Source: Candidatus Margulisiibacteriota bacterium (GTDB taxonomy: Bacteria; Margulisbacteria; WOR-1; O2-12-FULL-45-9). From it: a stretch of 20,934 bases of DNA. The DNA is taken from positions 1 to 20,934 of the forward strand of contig JBDRHP010000052.1 of the NCBI GenBank assembly GCA_043816785.1, read 5' to 3'. This document shows positions 16,948 through 20,934 of this stretch, one piece after another. Position 1 is the first letter of the stretch; each line of letters opens with the position of its first letter. The notes beneath the pieces were generated by a model, which did no database searches, was not told where the DNA came from, and was given only the letters and a program-made list of their open reading frames with translations. The translations under genes were made by a program, and so were the position numbers.

Positions 16948-17790
16948 TCAAATTCTTTCAGGGGAAACAAGATCCTGAAAAGAACTATTAAGCGCTAACA
17001 AGTAATCGACGGAAAATTCAGAAAGGTCATGGCGCCAAAGTATGCGGGGGATTTGTGAAATATCCCAATTAATTCCCAAAAACCAATCCAGAATCTGTAA
17101 CGCCCCCAGATTTTCCCCTTCCCCCCTGGCCTCTTTTGCCAGCTGGCCCAGAACCTGGTCAGCCCGATTATAAGCTTGCTTTATAAATTCAAAATCCCTT
17201 CCGCGAAACGGAAAGTTTAGTATGGATTCCATTCGTTTGCCCAAGCTTTGGCGCGCTTTTTCAAAAATTACAGGCGGTCTTATCCCACGCCGATGATAAA
17301 CTTCCAGAAATCTGTAAGCTCCTACCTCCCCAAAAGCATCCAAACAATCCAAAACCCTCAAGGCAATAGCTTCCTCGGAATTATCGCTTGGATTAACATA
17401 TTGATGATGGGAGCGGATAATCGAACAGATGCGATCGCGCTCGGCTGGGCCAGGAGATAAATCAGAAAGATAACCTCGGATCGTCTGCGCGCTAACCGCG
17501 CCGTGGTCCGCGGCCTGTGAATAAAAAACCCCAACATCATGTAAAACAATGGCTATTTCCAAAATTCTATTATCTCTTTCTCTGGAATGAGGAAGCAGCC
17601 CGGCATTATTAAGCAGACGCAGGGCATGATCTTTAAGATGGGATTTTGAAGAGTACGGAGCAAAGCGAATCAAATGATCAAACAACCGAAAAGCCGCATT
17701 TAACCGGGCCATTCTTTCTGAGTCAGCCGCTTGTATCCTCCTAAAAGTTAAGGGTTTTCTTCCAGGATAGTGCACTTGTAAACTTGTCAT
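16948..17790 (-). CDS. HD-superfamily metal-dependent phosphohydrolase
   Basis: HLKDHALR, LHDVG, DHGAVSA, IRSHH and DCLDAFG motifs. ATGA overlap with the upstream PP2C gene. Confidence 0.85.
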   Translation of the reverse strand: MTSLQVHYPGRKPLTFRRIQAADSERMARLNAAFRLFDHLIRFAPYSSKSHLKDHALRLLNNAGLLPHSRERDNRILEIAIVLHDVGVFYSQAADHGAVSAQTIRGYLSDLSPGPAERDRICSIIRSHHQYVNPSDNSEEAIALRVLDCLDAFGEVGAYRFLEVYHRRGIRPPVIFEKARQSLGKRMESILNFPFRGRDFEFIKQAYNRADQVLGQLAKEARGEGENLGALQILDWFLGINWDISQIPRILWRHDLSEFSVDYLLALNSSFQDLVSPERI

Positions 17791-19574
17791 GTGATCACCT
17801 GCGCGCTCAGGGTGATATTGTCATTTGCCGTATCGTTAAGCGCCGCGACTCTTCTGACTTCATCGATCAAGGCATCGACTAAAAGCCAAGCTTCGCCAGC
17901 CGCGTTTTGGCTGACAATATACAATAATGTATCCCGCGTAAGCCGATTTAAACCGTCGGTAGCCAGCAGATAAATGTCGCCCGGCTGGGCGCTGAATCGG
18001 GCGATGTGGGTGGGAATAATTGGCGGCTCGTGGCCCAGAAAGCGCTCCATGCCGACCAGGTACGGGTCGCGAACATAATTAACATAATCATAATAACTGG
18101 TGCCCGGATATTCCAGGGTCGCGTCATCCTCAGTTACAGGAACTATAATTCTGTCCTCTCCTAACTTCAAGGGAACCCCCAGCGGAGAACGGTCCGCCGC
18201 CATTATCATCCGGGTAACTACGTTATCATCAAGGGTTAAAAGCTCAACCTCGCCGACCCTGATGCGATAGGCGCGAGAATCCCCTTCGCCAGCAATCTCC
18301 ATTTCGCCTCGGCCGGGATCATAAAGACTGGCAACCAAAGTTGTCCCTGAATAATATCCGCTGGCCGGCGGGTTCAAGACATTGCTGGCCCAGACCGAAA
18401 AATTGGCGAATTGAATTGATTGCAGCAGCGAGGCGCCATCGGCAAAAGCGCGTAAAACCGCCCAGACGGCAATTTCGCTGGCTTTCTCTCCTCGGGGGTG
18501 GCCACTTAGGCCATCTGCCACTACCTGCAGGATTCTTTCCCCATCAGTGGCTATTGCAAAGTTGTCTTGATTGTTGTGCCTGCTTTCCTGACTGGTTCGA
18601 GCATAAATAATTGTTGGATCAAACCCAAGCAAGGAAGTCTGCGCATCACTTGCCCCTTCAGGTTTAAGTTCACTAACCACTTCAAAGGCCGCGACATTTG
18701 TGTAGGTGAGAGGGCGAAAAACCTGGTTTTTGAACCCCGGCTGATAAACATAGATATTACCGTCTTCCAGGCGAAAAGCCGGGCGCCGGAATTCTTCACT
18801 GGATCTCTTGACCTCATGGAGTTTTGGCCGAAGAAAGCAGCGGCGCCGGAATAGATCAACAACCCAAAGTTCAGTCTCGCTGACTGGAATTTCAATCCAG
18901 GATTTTTCATCAAAACGCCCCCTCAATCTCTCTAAGGTCTCAGCTTTTTCCGTAACCTCGCTGGTCACATAGTCGTAGCCCTGAACATAGTGAGCCGACA
19001 GGCCGGCCGCCTGAAAGATCAATTTGGCCAGCAAGGTCGCCTCCTGATATGAATATTCAGAAAGCTTTAATTGCTGAAAAATATAATTAACTATTTTATG
19101 GAACCGCAGCGCTGTCTTATCCCGGGTAAGAGCCAATTGCTGCGCTGTCAGCAATATCTCCTTGATATCAAAATCCCGGCCATCTTTTCCCCGGATACTT
19201 CCGGCAGAGCTAACAGCCAACTCCGGGCTGATCCGGTCGCCAGGCAGGAGATTGGCCGCATCTCTTACTTCAGCCACACTGGTCGTCATATGCGCCTGTC
19301 CCAGAACAAACTTAAGATTGTGCAAATGTTCCAGGATCGTGTCCCTGCTCCTAACACCCTTTTGCTGAATCACCCGCTCCTCCACAGCAAACCGGTGCTC
19401 CGGGCTGGCCTCAAAGAATAATTGCTTGAGCCGGGAGATCTCGTCAAGGTTTAGTCTGCCGGTAGCTTTTGAAGCGATCAGCTTTCTGGCTAATTGCCGG
19501 TCAAAAACAGCGCTTTGCAGCTTTAAAGCAACCAGCAAAAGATGGCTAATCGAGACCTGTCGGCCGTTAGCCAC
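17787..19574 (-). CDS. PP2C/PPM-family Ser/Thr phosphatase fused to a ~320-aa N-terminal region; 5' end possibly truncated by the IS
   Basis: RHNNQD, VADGLSGH, GTT, GDSRAY, LATDGL and DNIT. The frame stays open upstream of the GTG up to the IS end at 19625. Confidence 0.85.
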   Translation of the reverse strand: MANGRQVSISHLLLVALKLQSAVFDRQLARKLIASKATGRLNLDEISRLKQLFFEASPEHRFAVEERVIQQKGVRSRDTILEHLHNLKFVLGQAHMTTSVAEVRDAANLLPGDRISPELAVSSAGSIRGKDGRDFDIKEILLTAQQLALTRDKTALRFHKIVNYIFQQLKLSEYSYQEATLLAKLIFQAAGLSAHYVQGYDYVTSEVTEKAETLERLRGRFDEKSWIEIPVSETELWVVDLFRRRCFLRPKLHEVKRSSEEFRRPAFRLEDGNIYVYQPGFKNQVFRPLTYTNVAAFEVVSELKPEGASDAQTSLLGFDPTIIYARTSQESRHNNQDNFAIATDGERILQVVADGLSGHPRGEKASEIAVWAVLRAFADGASLLQSIQFANFSVWASNVLNPPASGYYSGTTLVASLYDPGRGEMEIAGEGDSRAYRIRVGEVELLTLDDNVVTRMIMAADRSPLGVPLKLGEDRIIVPVTEDDATLEYPGTSYYDYVNYVRDPYLVGMERFLGHEPPIIPTHIARFSAQPGDIYLLATDGLNRLTRDTLLYIVSQNAAGEAWLLVDALIDEVRRVAALNDTANDNITLSAQVIT

Positions 19575-19642
19575 GACATGAGCAGGATCTCTGCTTTGGC
19601 ACAGGTTAAACTGCTCCGCATATCTGAACTGGACTGATTTGT

Positions 19643-20572
19643 CTAGACAGCATTTTGGAGTACGGGTTTCCGATTTTGTTGTTTAGTTTCTTTCACCTCC
19701 TTAGTTGCTTCGTAAACCTCTGCCGGGGTTAGATTAGCCAAAGATGAATGTGGTCTTTTGTAATTGTAGAAGTTCATGTAGTTAAAAACACCTTCTCTTA
19801 GCTCAGGCATACCTGGATATTCTCGCAGATAGATGTTCTCGTACTTCAAACTTCTGAAAAACCGCTCTATGATCACATTATCAATGGCTCGACCTTTAGA
19901 ATCCATCGAAATTTGTATCCCATAAGTCTTAAGCAGGTCTGTAAAGTCCTGACTGGTAAATTGACAGCCTTGATCACTGTTAAATATCTCTGGCACGCCA
20001 AATTTGTCTATTGCTTCTTGTAGAGCATCAAGGCAAAATGCTGTGTCTAGGCTGTTTGAGATGCGATAACTTAAAATTCTGCGGCTGTACCAATCAATCA
20101 CAGCCACCAGATAACAAAACCCCTTAGCCAAACGAATATAAGTGATATCTGTGGCCCAGACTTGCTTTGACCTGCAAATATTCAAACCTTTAAGCAAATA
20201 CGGATAAATCTTGTGCCCTTTACCTGGAATGGTTGTCTTTCTCTTCCTCGGATAGAAAGTCTCCAATCCCAGTACCCGCATGTATTTCAGCACTCTGTCT
20301 CTGCCAACAATAAATCCCTGCTCAATCAGGTCCAAGTAAACCCTTCTGTAACCATAAAAAGGCTTGTCTGTGAAAATTCGATCCATTTGATTCAAAATTG
20401 CCAGTTGTTCATTGCTAAATAACGGCTCTGCCTCATAATATACCGAGCTACGATTTAAATCCAACAGTTCACATTGTTCTGTCACAGAGATTTTAGCTGA
20501 TTTGTTCAAGATAACTATCTCCTTGCGGGATTGGTAATCCATATTCCTCAGATTTTTTTTTAGCCCACTCAA
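19643..20572 (-). CDS. IS3-family transposase OrfB (DDE/rve integrase core)
   Basis: YGYRR, WATDITYI, NSDQGCQF, DNVIIERFFRSLKYE and YNYKRPHSSL; expected to be made as an OrfAB fusion. Confidence 0.95.
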   Translation of the reverse strand: MSGLKKNLRNMDYQSRKEIVILNKSAKISVTEQCELLDLNRSSVYYEAEPLFSNEQLAILNQMDRIFTDKPFYGYRRVYLDLIEQGFIVGRDRVLKYMRVLGLETFYPRKRKTTIPGKGHKIYPYLLKGLNICRSKQVWATDITYIRLAKGFCYLVAVIDWYSRRILSYRISNSLDTAFCLDALQEAIDKFGVPEIFNSDQGCQFTSQDFTDLLKTYGIQISMDSKGRAIDNVIIERFFRSLKYENIYLREYPGMPELREGVFNYMNFYNYKRPHSSLANLTPAEVYEATKEVKETKQQNRKPVLQNAV

Positions 20573-20843
20573 GCAGCAGGTTTAATTTGCCGTTCTGCTT
20601 GTACAAAGCATCAATTTGCCGCTCCTTTTCTTTGATTTGCTCTTTGTAGATGGTAACGGCCTTCTCTTTTTCAAAAACCAGCTCTATATTCTCCAAAAGC
20701 TCCTTTTTCCAATTTTGGATGTTTTTGGGATCAATGCGAGCCTCGGACGCGATCTGGCTCAACGTCTTCTCATTTTTCAACGTTTCCAATACCACCCTGG
20801 CTTTGAAACTACTCGGATACTTTTTCATTTTTCTTCTACTCAT
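20493..20843 (-). CDS. IS3-family OrfA (HTH plus leucine zipper)
   Basis: KYPSSFKARVVLE...TLSQIAS...IQNWKK HTH; RBS AGGAGGA. Confidence 0.92.
   Translation of the reverse strand: MSRRKMKKYPSSFKARVVLETLKNEKTLSQIASEARIDPKNIQNWKKELLENIELVFEKEKAVTIYKEQIKEKERQIDALYKQNGKLNLLLEWAKKKSEEYGLPIPQGDSYLEQIS
20553..20561 (-). other. -1 programmed frameshift (slippery A9) site joining orfA and orfB
   Basis: GCT AAA AAA AAA TCT in the orfA/orfB overlap, with a downstream hairpin GGATT-ACC-AATCC. Confidence 0.8.
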
Positions 20844-20934
20844 TTTGATTTCCTCCTCGTTTATATTTATATTCTACCGCCCAAGAAGGAAACCCGCACC
20901 CATTTTACCTGTCCAAATTCTTCAGTCCATTATA

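Larger units (their letters stand above)
19625..20934 (-). mobile_element. IS3-family insertion sequence, about 1310 bp
   Basis: Imperfect terminal inverted repeats TGAACTGGACTGATTTGTCTAGACAG (19625-19650) and TATAATGGACTGAAGAATTTGGACAG (reverse complement of 20909-20934), enclosing overlapping orfA and orfB. Confidence 0.92.

Noticed and set aside
19617..19645. Hybrid promoter from the IS outward -35 (TAGACA) driving the PP2C gene
   Set aside because: The hexamer at 17-nt spacing is TATGCG, which lacks the conserved final T; too weak to call.
1..20934. CRISPR array, tRNA or rRNA genes
   Set aside because: No repeat-spacer periodicity or cloverleaf/rRNA signatures seen; intergenic gaps are short and otherwise explained.

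Overview
Bacterial chromosomal segment, probably from a Terrabacteria lineage; the ddl-ftsQ-ftsZ order without ftsA, the half-size TauE and the FtsZ sequence loosely suggest a relative of Cyanobacteria such as Margulisbacteria/Saganbacteria, but this is inference only. Housekeeping genes are a partial feoA, a YgiQ radical SAM gene, greA, ftsZ-ftsQ-ddl and icd-yqeY-tauE-lpdA. They are interleaved with minus-strand accessory genes: an orphan, a Ser/Thr kinase, a large TPR protein, an extended GlpX-like phosphatase, a Com-type zinc finger, an HD hydrolase and a PP2C fusion. A complete IS3-family element ends the window. The main signal is an exactly spaced motif, TGAAAT-N16-(C/G)GATA(A/T), with sigma-28-like geometry, found upstream of four separate accessory units and not seen upstream of the housekeeping genes. 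The proteins from these units share Arg-rich, acid-poor, non-hydrophobic N-terminal extensions, suggesting a dispersed alternative-sigma regulon of possibly exported cargo or effector proteins. Other notable items: a com gene followed by a structured terminator leader ahead of the glpX-like gene, three apparently leaderless housekeeping genes, a DtxR-type operator at feoA, and in-frame 7-bp repeat tracts inside two enzymes.
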